From the sequence record KY555144.1: a DNA stretch of 64,000 nt; one strand, 5' to 3'. The notes below the pieces were generated by a model, which was not told the origin of the DNA, searched no databases, and was given only the letters and a program-made list of their open reading frames with translations. Both the position numbers and the translations under genes were made by a program. Shown in pieces: positions 25,965 through 35,228 of the stretch. Positions within the stretch are counted from its first letter, which is position 1. The number at the start of each line of letters is the position of its first letter.

Positions 25965-26337
25965 GATGGATGCCCTCCCCGGCCCGGACGCATTGGATCG
26001 GGCCGCCGTCGCCCTCTTCGGTGTAGCGCACGAGATTGCCGGCCTTGATCAGCATCTGGACGGTCTCGTCGCTCACCGTGACCTCGCGTCCCGGCGGGCT
26101 CCAGGAGCGACCGTCCTCCATCAGGATCAGGCCTTCGCGGCGGATCGCCAGCGACATCGCCTGGGCCGCGCGCTGGGCGGCGCTGGTCGCGCCCTCGACC
26201 AGGACCTTGAGGTCCTCGATCGGGAAGCACTCCAGGAACCGGGCGCGGACCTCCAGCCGCTCGGCCGGCGGCAGGCGCATGATGTCGCCCACCAGGATGT
26301 CGGCGTACTCCTCGGCAGTCTTGGGGGCGTCGGTCAT
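25954..26337 (-). CDS. hypothetical protein
   Basis: MTDAPKTA...; ATG overlaps the upstream TGA. Confidence 0.78.
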   Translation of the reverse strand: MTDAPKTAEEYADILVGDIMRLPPAERLEVRARFLECFPIEDLKVLVEGATSAAQRAAQAMSLAIRREGLILMEDGRSWSPPGREVTVSDETVQMLIKAGNLVRYTEEGDGGPIQCVRAGEGIHHGD

Positions 26338-26459
26338 GACTTGAGGCTCTGGCAGGCGAACGTGACCTCGTCCATATCGTCGAGGGTGTACGACCGGTCG
26401 GTGATCGCATGGGCGTAGTCGAAGGTCGCCGCCTTGATCTCGTCGCGCGTGAAGGTCAC
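26334..26459 (-). CDS. small hypothetical protein (41 aa, not in ORF track)
   Basis: GTG after cassette SD GGGGAG; VTFTRDEIKAATFDYAHAITDRSYTLDDMDEVTFACQSLKS. Confidence 0.68.
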   Translation of the reverse strand: MTFTRDEIKAATFDYAHAITDRSYTLDDMDEVTFACQSLKS

Positions 26460-27190
26460 GGCTCTCCCCCTGGTGTCGTTTCAGCGCTTCTAGCCCTGCC
26501 AAGCAGAGCCGTCAACACATCAGCGCCACGCCAGACCCAGGATAGGCTCAGAACGAGGTCGCGGTCCTCATAGGCGGCGCTGCGCCCGGTGATCACCTTG
26601 ATCGCCGAGAGCGGGCCAAACCGCCAGAAGACGACCGTGCGCGAGTCGTTACGGCCCGGCAGATGCTCCAGCAGCACGCGGCGCTTGATCGCCAAATGTC
26701 GCTGCTCCCTGTGGAGGACGAGCGCGACCTTGCGCGTCGGGTCAGACCCGAACCACCGGCGCCAGTAGCCCGGATTGTCGATGTTCTCGAACAGCCGGCC
26801 GATCCGCTTGCTGACGGGGCGAAGCCCAGGCTCGCGCCGGCGCACGCTCAGCGGTGGGAAGGTGCAAGGCGGCCACTCCGGAAGCAGGCGCAGGCGCAGC
26901 CTCCGGAATTCCCACGCCGGCATGGCGTTGTCCTTGGTGTTGTTGCACGCCACGCAGGCCGCCGCCAGATTGCTCTCGTGGTTCGATCCGCCCTCGGCCC
27001 TAGCCTCCAGGTGCTCGATCGTCACCTCGTCGGGCTCCAGCTTGCCACCGCCCCGGCCGATCCGCCGGCGATAGGCCATCTGCCCTGTGCAATAGGTGCA
27101 GAGGCCACCCGCCTCCAGGAAGAGGCGGTGGCGGCGGTTCGGCGCGGCGGGCGGGAGCGGGTCCTGGACCAGCACCTCAGATGAGGACAT
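26456..27190 (-). CDS. HNH endonuclease
   Basis: CTYC...TIEHL.AR.EGGSN..SNL..AC..CNN.K. Confidence 0.85.
   Translation of the reverse strand: MSSSEVLVQDPLPPAAPNRRHRLFLEAGGLCTYCTGQMAYRRRIGRGGGKLEPDEVTIEHLEARAEGGSNHESNLAAACVACNNTKDNAMPAWEFRRLRLRLLPEWPPCTFPPLSVRRREPGLRPVSKRIGRLFENIDNPGYWRRWFGSDPTRKVALVLHREQRHLAIKRRVLLEHLPGRNDSRTVVFWRFGPLSAIKVITGRSAAYEDRDLVLSLSWVWRGADVLTALLGRARSAETTPGGEP
26460..26528 (-). promoter_or_regulatory. family promoter cassette (inside the 3' end of the HNH gene)
   Basis: TGGCG-N5-GTG-TTGACG-17-TAGAAG-7-ACGACAC. Confidence 0.8.
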
Positions 27191-27623
27191 AGCCGTCCTT
27201 GCCGTTGTCGAAGATCAGATCGGAGAAGCGCAGCGTCTCCAGGGCGGTGTTGAAGGCCGCCTCGGAGCCACCCACCCGCGCCCAGACCGTGCGTCCGCCC
27301 ATGACGACATGGAAGAGGTCCGGCGCCGTCTGGGAGCGCACCACCGAGGCGGCGTTGTCGACCAGCACCCGATAGGCCGCGCCGGCGACCGTCAGGCGGT
27401 CGCGCGTGTCGAGCAGGCCCAGACCCCGCAGGTCGGCGAGATAGTCACTCAGCCCCTGCACCGTGACGCCGGCCGCCAGGGCAAGCGTGGTCGGGTTGTT
27501 GTTGGCGCCCAAGGCCTTAAGGACCTCGACCCGGCGCAGGATCGCCTCCTCGCGGGTTTCGACCTCGATCTGATCGTCGGTCTTCTGGGCGCCCTGAATG
27601 GTCTTGCGCAGCGGTTGCAGCAT
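27177..27623 (-). CDS. winged-helix protein
   Basis: VLKAL...PTTLALAAGVTVQGLSDYLADLRGLGLL...LT.AG. Confidence 0.72.
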   Translation of the reverse strand: MLQPLRKTIQGAQKTDDQIEVETREEAILRRVEVLKALGANNNPTTLALAAGVTVQGLSDYLADLRGLGLLDTRDRLTVAGAAYRVLVDNAASVVRSQTAPDLFHVVMGGRTVWARVGGSEAAFNTALETLRFSDLIFDNGKDGYVLI

Positions 27624-27632
27624 GGTCGATCC

Positions 27633-28016
27633 TTAACGAATGAGGCTCCAGGCCTCTTGGGTTTTGCCGTAGGGTTCGGGGAAGATATAGCCCCGGTGGT
27701 GGAGGTCGGCCAAGATCGCCTCGGTGTGCGGAAGGTAGGCCTCTTCGCTCCCGGTATAGGGCGTCTCCTGGTTCCTGGCTCGCCAGAAGAGGCGGTGGTT
27801 CAGCCGCAGAGCCGTGCGCTCGAACGCTCGGCGCGGATTGATCTCGCAGGCCAGGATGTGGCAAATCCAGCCCGCCTCGGTGTGGCGCACCCGCCCGCCC
27901 TGCAAGGCGAAGAAGCCCTCGTCCTTAAGCGCCATGAACTCCGCCTGGAGTTCCGGCAGGAAGCGCACGAGGCGCCCGAACGCGTCATGGAAGACGACGA
28001 CGCGGCGATCATACAT
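27633..28016 (-). CDS. hypothetical protein
   Basis: Co-directional 127-aa ORF. Confidence 0.72.
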   Translation of the reverse strand: MYDRRVVVFHDAFGRLVRFLPELQAEFMALKDEGFFALQGGRVRHTEAGWICHILACEINPRRAFERTALRLNHRLFWRARNQETPYTGSEEAYLPHTEAILADLHHRGYIFPEPYGKTQEAWSLIR

Positions 28017-28368
28017 CGGCTTGATAGCCCAGGAACGGGCGCAGAAAGCCCATCAGGTCCTTGTCGATGCGGATCGCCTTGAGTTCCGAGCAGCGGGCGT
28101 TCTCGGCGACGGTGCGCAGCCACTTCGCCCGCTCGTAATAGGTCGGGGCATGATCCCACCAGCGATAGCTGCTCTGGCGGATAGCCTCGGCTTCCTTCTC
28201 GGTCGGCGGGCGTCGCTTGAAACGCCACCACGGCCCGTCCTGGACGGTGTCCACCGTCATGATCTTGGCCAGGGTCTCGTTGCGGGTCGCATCACCCAAG
28301 GCCTGCGCTTCCTCGGCCGCCTTGAGGGCGGCTTCGAGCAGGGCGAGGCGATCGACTTCGGCGGACAT
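28009..28368 (-). CDS. hypothetical protein
   Basis: MSAEVDRL...; follows the upstream stop. Confidence 0.75.
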   Translation of the reverse strand: MSAEVDRLALLEAALKAAEEAQALGDATRNETLAKIMTVDTVQDGPWWRFKRRPPTEKEAEAIRQSSYRWWDHAPTYYERAKWLRTVAENARCSELKAIRIDKDLMGFLRPFLGYQADV

Positions 28369-28370
28369 AC

Positions 28371-28640
28371 TCACTTCAGCTTCTCCCCGATATAGACGTC
28401 CAGGAATCGCGCCTGCGCATCCTGGTCCTGGAACATCCAGATCGCGTACTTGGTGCGCGGGAACGGCTGGCGGAAGAACTCCACCGGACCGAGGATGTCC
28501 TTGGCGCCGTGCGGCGTCGGCGCGACCAGCGGCGTCTTGACCACGAACGGGAAGCGTTCGAGGCGCTTGATCACCGCCATCGAACAGTCGCGCTCGCGCG
28601 TCGTCTTTTCGGGCAGGTCGCGGGTCCAGGTCGTGGTCAT
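28371..28640 (-). CDS. hypothetical protein
   Basis: Coupled 89-aa ORF. Confidence 0.75.
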   Translation of the reverse strand: MTTTWTRDLPEKTTRERDCSMAVIKRLERFPFVVKTPLVAPTPHGAKDILGPVEFFRQPFPRTKYAIWMFQDQDAQARFLDVYIGEKLK

Positions 28641-28939
28641 CAGGCTTGCACCTCGAAGGCGTTGATCTTGTGGGCGTCATACCACCAGCGCCGGCCCTGG
28701 CAGGCCTTGCAGGTGACGTCGTCCCAGCCCTCGGCGAAGGCGAGGGGCTTGAGGGTGTGGGCCGGCACCGTCTTGATCGTCGAACGCACCCCGCCGCTCT
28801 TCAGGTAGGCGGTGCGGCCATGAACCGTCTCGGGCACGGCGATCGTCTTGTCCGGCGACCAGCGATTGCAGACCGTGTAGCGCCCTTCGCCGCCGTTGCG
28901 GAACGGGCGCGGGGCATGGGCGGTGGCGGACTTAGGCAC
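28640..28939 (-). CDS. hypothetical protein with His/Cys motif
   Basis: TAH...VCN...VTCKAC. Confidence 0.72.
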   Translation of the reverse strand: MPKSATAHAPRPFRNGGEGRYTVCNRWSPDKTIAVPETVHGRTAYLKSGGVRSTIKTVPAHTLKPLAFAEGWDDVTCKACQGRRWWYDAHKINAFEVQA

Positions 28940-29090
28940 GGGCCTTCTCCGAGGTCCGGATGATCAGGGCGACCAGCAGGATCGCGATGATCACCGCCGT
29001 CGTCATCGGGGGCTGGCGATTGTAGCCGTCGATGAAGCCAAGCACGGTCCCCGCCAGCATCGCCGCCCCATAGGCGCTCCAGAACTTCAA
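28932..29090 (-). CDS. small membrane protein
   Basis: TTG start overlapping the upstream TGA; two hydrophobic segments. Confidence 0.65.
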   Translation of the reverse strand: MKFWSAYGAAMLAGTVLGFIDGYNRQPPMTTAVIIAILLVALIIRTSEKARA

Positions 29091-29674
29091 GCCTCGATCT
29101 CCTCGAACCGTCCATCCATGAATTCGGCCTCGCGTCGACCCCACATCTGGCCCTCGGCGTCGAGGTAGGTCAGCAGGGTCTCGTCATCGAGCACCGGGGT
29201 CTCGCACTGGATGCGGATCGTCCCGACCAGGGCGTAGTCGCCGCCGCGCTTCTTGTGGCGGAAGCGGCGCATACCGCGCGGAAGCTCCGCCAGGAAGGCC
29301 TTCAGGGCGTCCGCCACCTTGGCCACGCCATGCGGGAAGTGCGAGCCCGGCCCGCGCACCCATTGATAGATTGTCGCCAGGGCGAAGCGCCCGGCGGCGA
29401 TCTCGCCCGTGGGGTCCTTGCGGATCATGTCCGGCGCGTAGTCTTCGAGGTAGTTCGTCCCGAGGATCGCCATGCAGCGGGCCTCCTCCACCGAGGTCGG
29501 CAGGCGCAGGTGATCGCGATCCAGGCGGTCGGCCTCGGCGAGCGACTTAATCACCCCGACCAGGATCGCCGCCTTCTCGGCGTGCCATTGCCGGCCGCCG
29601 GGCTCAGGGGCGCGCTCGGCGTGGTAGAGGTGGTAGTCCAGTATCTCGTGGACGTCTTCGCTCTGTCGGGACAT
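29087..29674 (-). CDS. hypothetical protein with C-terminal DUF1653-like domain
   Basis: FRHKKRGGDY...LLTY....G..W.R...EF.DGRF. Confidence 0.75.
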   Translation of the reverse strand: MSRQSEDVHEILDYHLYHAERAPEPGGRQWHAEKAAILVGVIKSLAEADRLDRDHLRLPTSVEEARCMAILGTNYLEDYAPDMIRKDPTGEIAAGRFALATIYQWVRGPGSHFPHGVAKVADALKAFLAELPRGMRRFRHKKRGGDYALVGTIRIQCETPVLDDETLLTYLDAEGQMWGRREAEFMDGRFEEIEA

Positions 29675-29735
29675 AGGGTTCCTTCCGTTGTCGTCACCCG
29701 CGACACTAGATGGTCGCGGGTGCGCGTGTCAACAC
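29675..29735 (-). promoter_or_regulatory. family promoter cassette
   Basis: GTG-TTGACA-18-TAGTGT-7-GACGACAAC-GGAAGGA. Confidence 0.82.
29695..29722. repeat. perfect 10-bp inverted repeat enclosing the -10 box
   Basis: CACCCGCGAC-N8-GTCGCGGGTG. Confidence 0.9.
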
Positions 29736-29736
29736 T

Positions 29737-30252
29737 TCACGTCAGAGCTAGACGGCGACGATAGAACAGGCGCCGGCCGTTGAAGAACAGACGGATGCGG
29801 AATTCCTCGTCGAGGGTCCCGATGTCGAGGCTAAAGCCCAGGAGGCCCAGGCTGACATAGGCGTGGCGTCCGAAGCTCCCCGGAAGGGCGTCCATGCCGC
29901 CGGCGACGAACCGGATGAGCCAGAGCCAGCCCAGGTCGAATCGCTTGAAGCCCTGCCATTCCACCGAGCGCCAGGAGAAGCCGCCGCCCAGCAGGGTGAT
30001 GTCGATGTCCAGGTTCCAGCCCTCGGCCAGCGGATCGAGGCGGTGGTGGTAGCGCAGGCGGCAGAAGTCGCCATCGAGGTCGAAGTTCGGGATCGCGGCC
30101 AGGACCCGGCGGCGCAGCCGTTCCAGAACGTAGCCGATCGGGAAGATCACCAGGGCGTAGAGCGTCAGGAGGAAGACCAGGACCACGGCGCACCACAGGC
30201 CATGCCAGAAGAACCCGAGCATCATCCCAAGCTTTGGCGAATGGTCGGTCAT
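29737..30252 (-). CDS. membrane-anchored hypothetical protein
   Basis: N-terminal hydrophobic segment; beta-rich remainder. Confidence 0.7.
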   Translation of the reverse strand: MTDHSPKLGMMLGFFWHGLWCAVVLVFLLTLYALVIFPIGYVLERLRRRVLAAIPNFDLDGDFCRLRYHHRLDPLAEGWNLDIDITLLGGGFSWRSVEWQGFKRFDLGWLWLIRFVAGGMDALPGSFGRHAYVSLGLLGFSLDIGTLDEEFRIRLFFNGRRLFYRRRLALT

Positions 30253-30254
30253 GC

Positions 30255-30893
30255 TCAGGTTCCCTTGGCGAAGTCACCGGCCCGGCCGATGACATGGAAA
30301 TAGGCGTAGGCCTCGCCGGGCGTATGCCGGTCGCGATTATCGACGACCGGGAGGTCCTCGGCGTAGCGAGCAAACCACGCGGCCTTGCGCGCCGCCCAGG
30401 CGGCGGGGTCCTCGTCGTGGTCCCAGCCGAACAGTCCACGTCCATTTTCCCGACCCTTGCGCAGGTGGGCCACCGGTTGGTTGGTCCCGATGTAACGGGT
30501 GTAGGCCTCGGGCGCTTCGCCGTGCTGGGTCGGTCGGCCGTCGCCATGATGGTCGACGAAGGCCAGATCGTTTTTGGAGAGGTCCTGGGCGATCCAGCCG
30601 CGATGGTCCTTGATGAAGGGATCGACCAGGATGGTGATCTCGCGGTAGATGTTCGCGCCGACGATCATCGCCCAGGCCTCGTCATCGGCGCGTTCCTTGC
30701 CGCCATCGCGCAGGGAGATCAGGTAAGCGCAGCCATCCTGGATGGACTTGCCCTCCAGGAGGGCCGCCCAGTTCATGCAGATGTCGCCCCACTTCTTGGC
30801 GGCCAGGACGTCCCAGGCGGTGCGCTGCTTGGCGTCGCGCTCGTAATAGACCCTGGCGGCGTCGCGCAGGTGATCGGAGAAGGTCTGGATCAT
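30255..30893 (-). CDS. hypothetical protein
   Basis: Coupled 212-aa ORF. Confidence 0.82.
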   Translation of the reverse strand: MIQTFSDHLRDAARVYYERDAKQRTAWDVLAAKKWGDICMNWAALLEGKSIQDGCAYLISLRDGGKERADDEAWAMIVGANIYREITILVDPFIKDHRGWIAQDLSKNDLAFVDHHGDGRPTQHGEAPEAYTRYIGTNQPVAHLRKGRENGRGLFGWDHDEDPAAWAARKAAWFARYAEDLPVVDNRDRHTPGEAYAYFHVIGRAGDFAKGT

Positions 30894-31186
30894 CAGTCGA
30901 CCTTCGGTTCGCGCTTGAAGCGGCCGTTCTCGTCGTAGCGGTCCGGGTTGGCGCCGGGGGCGTGGAAGCCCGCCATCGAGCCGATCTCCATGGCCGCGCG
31001 CTGCGCCGGCGTGACGCCCATGCGCTGGTTCATGGCGGTGACGGCGGCCTCGCCCTGGACCCCGTAGTCGGTCGCGTAGTAGCCGGTCTCATCCTTCTTC
31101 AGGATGACCGTCTCGCCCGTCTCGATGTTGATCGAGTAGCAGAGGTCGGGCAGGGCCGCGAGATTGATCTGGCGTTGGGTCAGCAT
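30893..31186 (-). CDS. conserved hypothetical protein
   Basis: LP..CYS...TGE.VILK..E.GYY...N..MGVT.AQ..AM..GSM.GF..PGA.P motif; first gene after a cassette. Confidence 0.85.
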   Translation of the reverse strand: MLTQRQINLAALPDLCYSINIETGETVILKKDETGYYATDYGVQGEAAVTAMNQRMGVTPAQRAAMEIGSMAGFHAPGANPDRYDENGRFKREPKVD

Positions 31187-31257
31187 GGAGGCCTCCTTGT
31201 TGTCGTCGAGGATGGCTTCTAGCCGGCCCAGGTCAGGTTGTCAACACTCGACAGCCA
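31187..31257 (-). promoter_or_regulatory. family promoter cassette
   Basis: TGGCT-N5-GTG-TTGACA-17-TAGAAG-8-GACGACAAC-AAGGAGG. Confidence 0.9.
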
Positions 31258-31561
31258 AGTAGACGTTGCGGCGCGGCTCATAGGGGAGATCGTTGGCGAT
31301 CGCCATCAGCCAGCCGGCGTGGCAGCGCTTGGGAGCGCAGTGACAGACGAGATGAAAGCCCCTGTAGTTGGCCTTGACCCAGGCGACGAACGCCTCATCC
31401 TTGGACCTCAGGGCGATGTACTTGTCGATCACCGTGTCGCGATCGCCATCCTGACCGATGCGGAACTCATTGCCCGCCGGGGTCCCCCGGCCGACGTACT
31501 TGGACATCGGCGGGAGATGGCCTGGGAACTCGCTTCGGCTGAGAACGCGCAGTTCGATCAT
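31241..31561 (-). CDS. DUF4326 family protein
   Basis: YVGRGT..GN.F.IG.DGDR..VI.KY...L.CHC.PK.CH. Confidence 0.88.
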   Translation of the reverse strand: MIELRVLSRSEFPGHLPPMSKYVGRGTPAGNEFRIGQDGDRDTVIDKYIALRSKDEAFVAWVKANYRGFHLVCHCAPKRCHAGWLMAIANDLPYEPRRNVYLAVEC

Positions 31562-32202
31562 GCCGCCCGGCTCTCCACGTAGTCGGCGAGGATCGCCAGG
31601 GTGTCCTCGGCCGAGGTATGGAGGATCGAGAAGCCCCCAGCCCGATTCCAGGCCACGCAGTTGGCGACGCGGTCGTCGATCAGGATTTGGTGGTCGGAGT
31701 GCTTGCGGTGCATGAACTCCTGCTTCTTGGCCGAGGTCGTGCAGATGAAGCGGTGGTCCTCGATCCGGATGCGATCGGGCACCATGCCGGCCACGGCCTC
31801 GTCCCCAGAGAACATCTCGGCGAACGCCTGGGGCAGAAGCGTCTCCTCGATCCAGCGCCGCTTGCCATAGGCCGCGCCCAGCCAGTAGGGATGGATCAGG
31901 AAGTCCTCGTCCGTCGCCCCGAACTTGGGCGAGGCGGTCAGGATGATTGGATCGGCCTCGAACACCGCCGTGTAGAGGTCCACCGCGCCCGGCATGAACG
32001 GCAGGGTCTCGAAGAAGTTCGTGCCCTCGATCTTGCGATACATCCCCTGCTTCCAGAGGTTGGCTTCGTCGTCCATCGCGTGGCTCGACTTGTTGTACTC
32101 GGGATCAGGCTCGAACCCGAGCCGGCGGATGCCCTCGTCGAAATCGGCCAGGACGCCGTCCATGTCGAGATAGATGGCGAAGTTCTTCAGGTTCATGGTC
32201 AC
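31558..32202 (-). CDS. HAD-superfamily 5'(3')-deoxyribonucleotidase-like protein
   Basis: IYLDMDGVLADF, FF.TL..MPGA, ILTA, K..W, ILIDD. Confidence 0.85.
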   Translation of the reverse strand: MTMNLKNFAIYLDMDGVLADFDEGIRRLGFEPDPEYNKSSHAMDDEANLWKQGMYRKIEGTNFFETLPFMPGAVDLYTAVFEADPIILTASPKFGATDEDFLIHPYWLGAAYGKRRWIEETLLPQAFAEMFSGDEAVAGMVPDRIRIEDHRFICTTSAKKQEFMHRKHSDHQILIDDRVANCVAWNRAGGFSILHTSAEDTLAILADYVESRAA

Positions 32203-32399
32203 TCCGGGAATTGCGCGTGCAGCCCCATGGCGATGCGCGCCAGTTCGTAGGCGGTCTTGGTCTCCAACTCGCGGGTCGGCGTGCGCTCTATCTTGAGTTG
32301 GTCGCTCATCATGTGGATGGCGTGGATGATGTCGCTCTTGCGCCTCTTCTCGTAGTAGCGGTGCGACGCGGTGGCGCGGATTTCGACGATCGCCATCAC
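32199..32399 (-). CDS. hypothetical protein
   Basis: Coupled 66-aa ORF. Confidence 0.68.
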   Translation of the reverse strand: MMAIVEIRATASHRYYEKRRKSDIIHAIHMMSDQLKIERTPTRELETKTAYELARIAMGLHAQFPE

Positions 32400-32764
32400 A
32401 GGGCTCCCGCGCAGGCCAGGGCCATCGCCCAGCCGCGCTCGGTCGGCTCGAAGCGGGCGATCGGCCCCTTGACGTTCGGATCGTCGGAGAAATGCGGGTC
32501 GAGCCAGCCCTTGTTGGCGTGGATCACCTCGTCGAGCGAGCGCGCCTCGTAGACCAGGATTTTGCGGCCCTCGTAGTTGAGGGCGTCGGGGTACATGATC
32601 TCGACCACCGTGCAGCGGCCGACCTCCTGGCCCCGGATGAGCTTCCAGCGCGCCGGGTCGGGATCGCCCGGCGTCAGCGTCACGGGAGACTGCCCGCCGG
32701 AGAAAAGCCGCATCTTGCTGGGTTCGCGCGCCGAACGGCCGGTCGAGAACAATCGCATCCCCAC
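32396..32764 (-). CDS. conserved phage hypothetical protein
   Basis: PDP...YP...NYEGRKILVY...LDPHF...PIARFEPT..GW.MA. Confidence 0.82.
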   Translation of the reverse strand: MGMRLFSTGRSAREPSKMRLFSGGQSPVTLTPGDPDPARWKLIRGQEVGRCTVVEIMYPDALNYEGRKILVYEARSLDEVIHANKGWLDPHFSDDPNVKGPIARFEPTERGWAMALACAGAL

Positions 32765-32765
32765 C

Positions 32766-33152
32766 CTAGTCTCCCAGGCCCTGCATGGCGTTGTCGCGGC
32801 TGTCCTCGGCGTCGGGCCGGGACGCCAGGGCCGCCAGAAGGTCGACCGAGAGGTGGCGGTTGTAGATCGCCACGCCCTTATACTTGAAAAGCTCGCTGGC
32901 TTCGTGGATCAGAGCCCGCTCGACCGCCGCCCAGGCCGTCTGGACGATCTCGGTGTCGGTGGCGTAGTAGGAGAGCTTCCACTTGCGCCCCTTCCACATC
33001 TCCGGCTCGCCGGTGACGGTGTTAATCCCATCCTTACAGACGATCTGGAGCCAGACCTCGGTGCGGCCGGTCTCAAGCCGGAACTCGAAACCAGGATAGC
33101 TCAGACGGTCGACGATGGTGCGGATCGATTGGGCGCTGCGACGATTCGCCAT
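32766..33152 (-). CDS. conserved phage hypothetical protein
   Basis: GRKW.LS......EIVQTAW.AV..A..HE..E.FKY. Confidence 0.82.
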   Translation of the reverse strand: MANRRSAQSIRTIVDRLSYPGFEFRLETGRTEVWLQIVCKDGINTVTGEPEMWKGRKWKLSYYATDTEIVQTAWAAVERALIHEASELFKYKGVAIYNRHLSVDLLAALASRPDAEDSRDNAMQGLGD

Positions 33153-33154
33153 GC

Positions 33155-33616
33155 TCAGGGCCTCGACTTGATCAGCTTCTTCTTGCGCCGGGCCGGGCGC
33201 GGCGCGAGCGGGAAGCCGTGATCCGCGTACACGGGTTCGGGCGGCGGGGCAGGCAGGTCCGTCGGACGCTCCAGGCTAAAGGCGTCCGCGTCGAGGTCGT
33301 AGATCGACACCCGGTCGCTGTAGCCGTAGCGGTTGTCGTGGTAGGTGATCCCGACATCGCCCAGGCTGGAGACCATGATCACCCGACAGGCCTTGCCCTT
33401 GTAGCGGCCGTAGAGCTTCGGCATGAAGCCGGCCTCCTCGATCGCCAGGGTCTCGGTGGCGTTGCCGGCGTTCAGCGCCAGGAAGCCCCGCACGATGGCC
33501 GGCAGCTTGTAGTCGCAGATCGCGCGGCTGTTGCTGACTTCGTAGGGCATGCCGATCTTGCCCTCCATCAGGGCGCCCAGGACCTCGGCGTCGCTCAGGG
33601 TTTCAGTCTCGGCCAT
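33155..33616 (-). CDS. hypothetical protein
   Basis: MAETETL...; co-directional. Confidence 0.75.
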   Translation of the reverse strand: MAETETLSDAEVLGALMEGKIGMPYEVSNSRAICDYKLPAIVRGFLALNAGNATETLAIEEAGFMPKLYGRYKGKACRVIMVSSLGDVGITYHDNRYGYSDRVSIYDLDADAFSLERPTDLPAPPPEPVYADHGFPLAPRPARRKKKLIKSRP

Positions 33617-33872
33617 AGGTGATCCTATACGGGAGCCCGCCGACGCAGATTTTCCCGCGTCGGCCGTCGGCGGTGGTGAAGCGGAAGCCCTGGCGGCTCT
33701 TGGCGCCGGCGCAGGACCACCATGCGCGGTGAAAGCTGACGACCTCGGCGCCGGTGTCACGCTCGACCAGATGTCGAGCGTGACGCCCCTCCCAGGTGTA
33801 GGCCCAGACCCCGATGGCGAAGAAGACCAGAGTCAGGGAGCCATAGACGGCCCCTTTGACATAGTCCTCCAT
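33603..33872 (-). CDS. membrane-anchored small protein
   Basis: N-terminal TM segment; W.C...GF.F...G..G..C. Confidence 0.72.
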   Translation of the reverse strand: MEDYVKGAVYGSLTLVFFAIGVWAYTWEGRHARHLVERDTGAEVVSFHRAWWSCAGAKSRQGFRFTTADGRRGKICVGGLPYRITYGRD

Positions 33873-34249
33873 CAGGCCGCCACGAGCCCGGTGATCACGT
33901 CGGTGACGATGCGACGCTTCTCGGCCGGCATGCCCGCCAGCGCCAGGATCGTCTTGGCGCCGATCTCGGCGACGGCGGTCTCGACGTCGGCCCGGCCGTC
34001 GGTCAGGAACGCCGGATCGTCGACCGGAGGATAGAAGTGCCCGATGTCCTTCTTCAGGAACTGGGCCGCCTCATAGAGCTTCGAGGACGAGATGCGGTTG
34101 TGCCCGCGCTCGTACTTCTGGACCTGCTGGAAGGTCACGCCGATCGCCTCGGCGAGTTGGCCTTGCGAGAAGCCGGCCGTCTTGCGGGTGTCGCGCAGCT
34201 TGCGTCCCACATAGACGTCGACGGGGTGCGGGGTCTTGTCGTCAGCCAT
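33872..34249 (-). CDS. XRE-family HTH transcriptional regulator
   Basis: HPVDVYVGRKLR..RK..G.SQ.QLAEAIGVTFQQVQKYERG.NRIS.SKL (alphaproteobacterial XRE signature). Confidence 0.92.
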   Translation of the reverse strand: MADDKTPHPVDVYVGRKLRDTRKTAGFSQGQLAEAIGVTFQQVQKYERGHNRISSSKLYEAAQFLKKDIGHFYPPVDDPAFLTDGRADVETAVAEIGAKTILALAGMPAEKRRIVTDVITGLVAA

Positions 34250-35228
34250 GAGCGGCTTCCTCCTTCTGCTTCTTGGACCGCAGGTCGCGGCGGTGCTTAA
34301 AGGCCGCACGCAGGGCCTGGGTGGTGTCGTCGTGCATGCCCAGGTCCGCCCCATCGGGCGCGACCACGCTGTTTCGGAGACCGAACCGATAGCCCTCGGC
34401 CGTCAGTTCATAGACCGCCTGCTCCTCGTGCATCTGGGCGAGGTGGCGATAATATTCGGCCAGCGCCAGTTCGTAGTCGCCCAGGAAGAGGCGCGCGTTG
34501 CGCTCGACGCCGGCGACCTCGGCGCGGAAGGTCAGCAGGAACCGCCCAGGCCCGACATGCGTCAGCTTGTAGCCGTGTTCGGCCAGCACCTCGTCGACGG
34601 TCTTGGTGACCGTGTAGATGTGGAAGGTGTAGACGGCTTCGATGTGGGTGTCGTCGTAGAGATACTCGGACCGGTTTTGATGCTCGCCGATGTAGGGACC
34701 CCACTTGTGGTAGCGCCAGCCGCCGGACGCGGGCTGGTGCTCACGCCGGACTTCCACCATCGAGATGAAATAGGGCGTGTCCGGATCGTCGATCAGGTCG
34801 GGGATGCAGGCGAGAAGCTGCTCGGGGCTGTCGCAGACGCCGTAGCTTTCGACCAGATAGGGGATGCGCCTATAGCCCTCGGGGACCGGCGGAACCTCGT
34901 CCAGGTACTCGGTGTCGAGCACCTCGATCTTGTACTTGTCGTGGAGCAGGTTGATCCGCGCCCAGCGGCGGTCGCCGTCGGCCTTGATCCAGGCCCGGAC
35001 CGCAGCGCTGCGCTCCTCCTCGGTCTGGCCGCGTTCGTGGGGCGGACCCCACTTGCTGTCGCGGTCCTCGATCTTTTCGACGATCTCGTACTCGGGATTC
35101 CAGGAGCCCATCGAGTAGACGCCCTGGTGGAGGCGAATGGGCTTGCGGGCGCGGTTGTTCATTTCCGCGATCATCTTGGCGATCGGGTCGACTTCCGAAG
35201 CCGGGCGTAGGGTGATGTCGTAGAGCAT
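34242..35228 (-). CDS. conserved phage hypothetical protein
   Basis: YGVCDSPEQ...QP..GGWRYHKWGPYIG...EYLYD motif. Confidence 0.82.
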   Translation of the reverse strand: MLYDITLRPASEVDPIAKMIAEMNNRARKPIRLHQGVYSMGSWNPEYEIVEKIEDRDSKWGPPHERGQTEEERSAAVRAWIKADGDRRWARINLLHDKYKIEVLDTEYLDEVPPVPEGYRRIPYLVESYGVCDSPEQLLACIPDLIDDPDTPYFISMVEVRREHQPASGGWRYHKWGPYIGEHQNRSEYLYDDTHIEAVYTFHIYTVTKTVDEVLAEHGYKLTHVGPGRFLLTFRAEVAGVERNARLFLGDYELALAEYYRHLAQMHEEQAVYELTAEGYRFGLRNSVVAPDGADLGMHDDTTQALRAAFKHRRDLRSKKQKEEAAHG

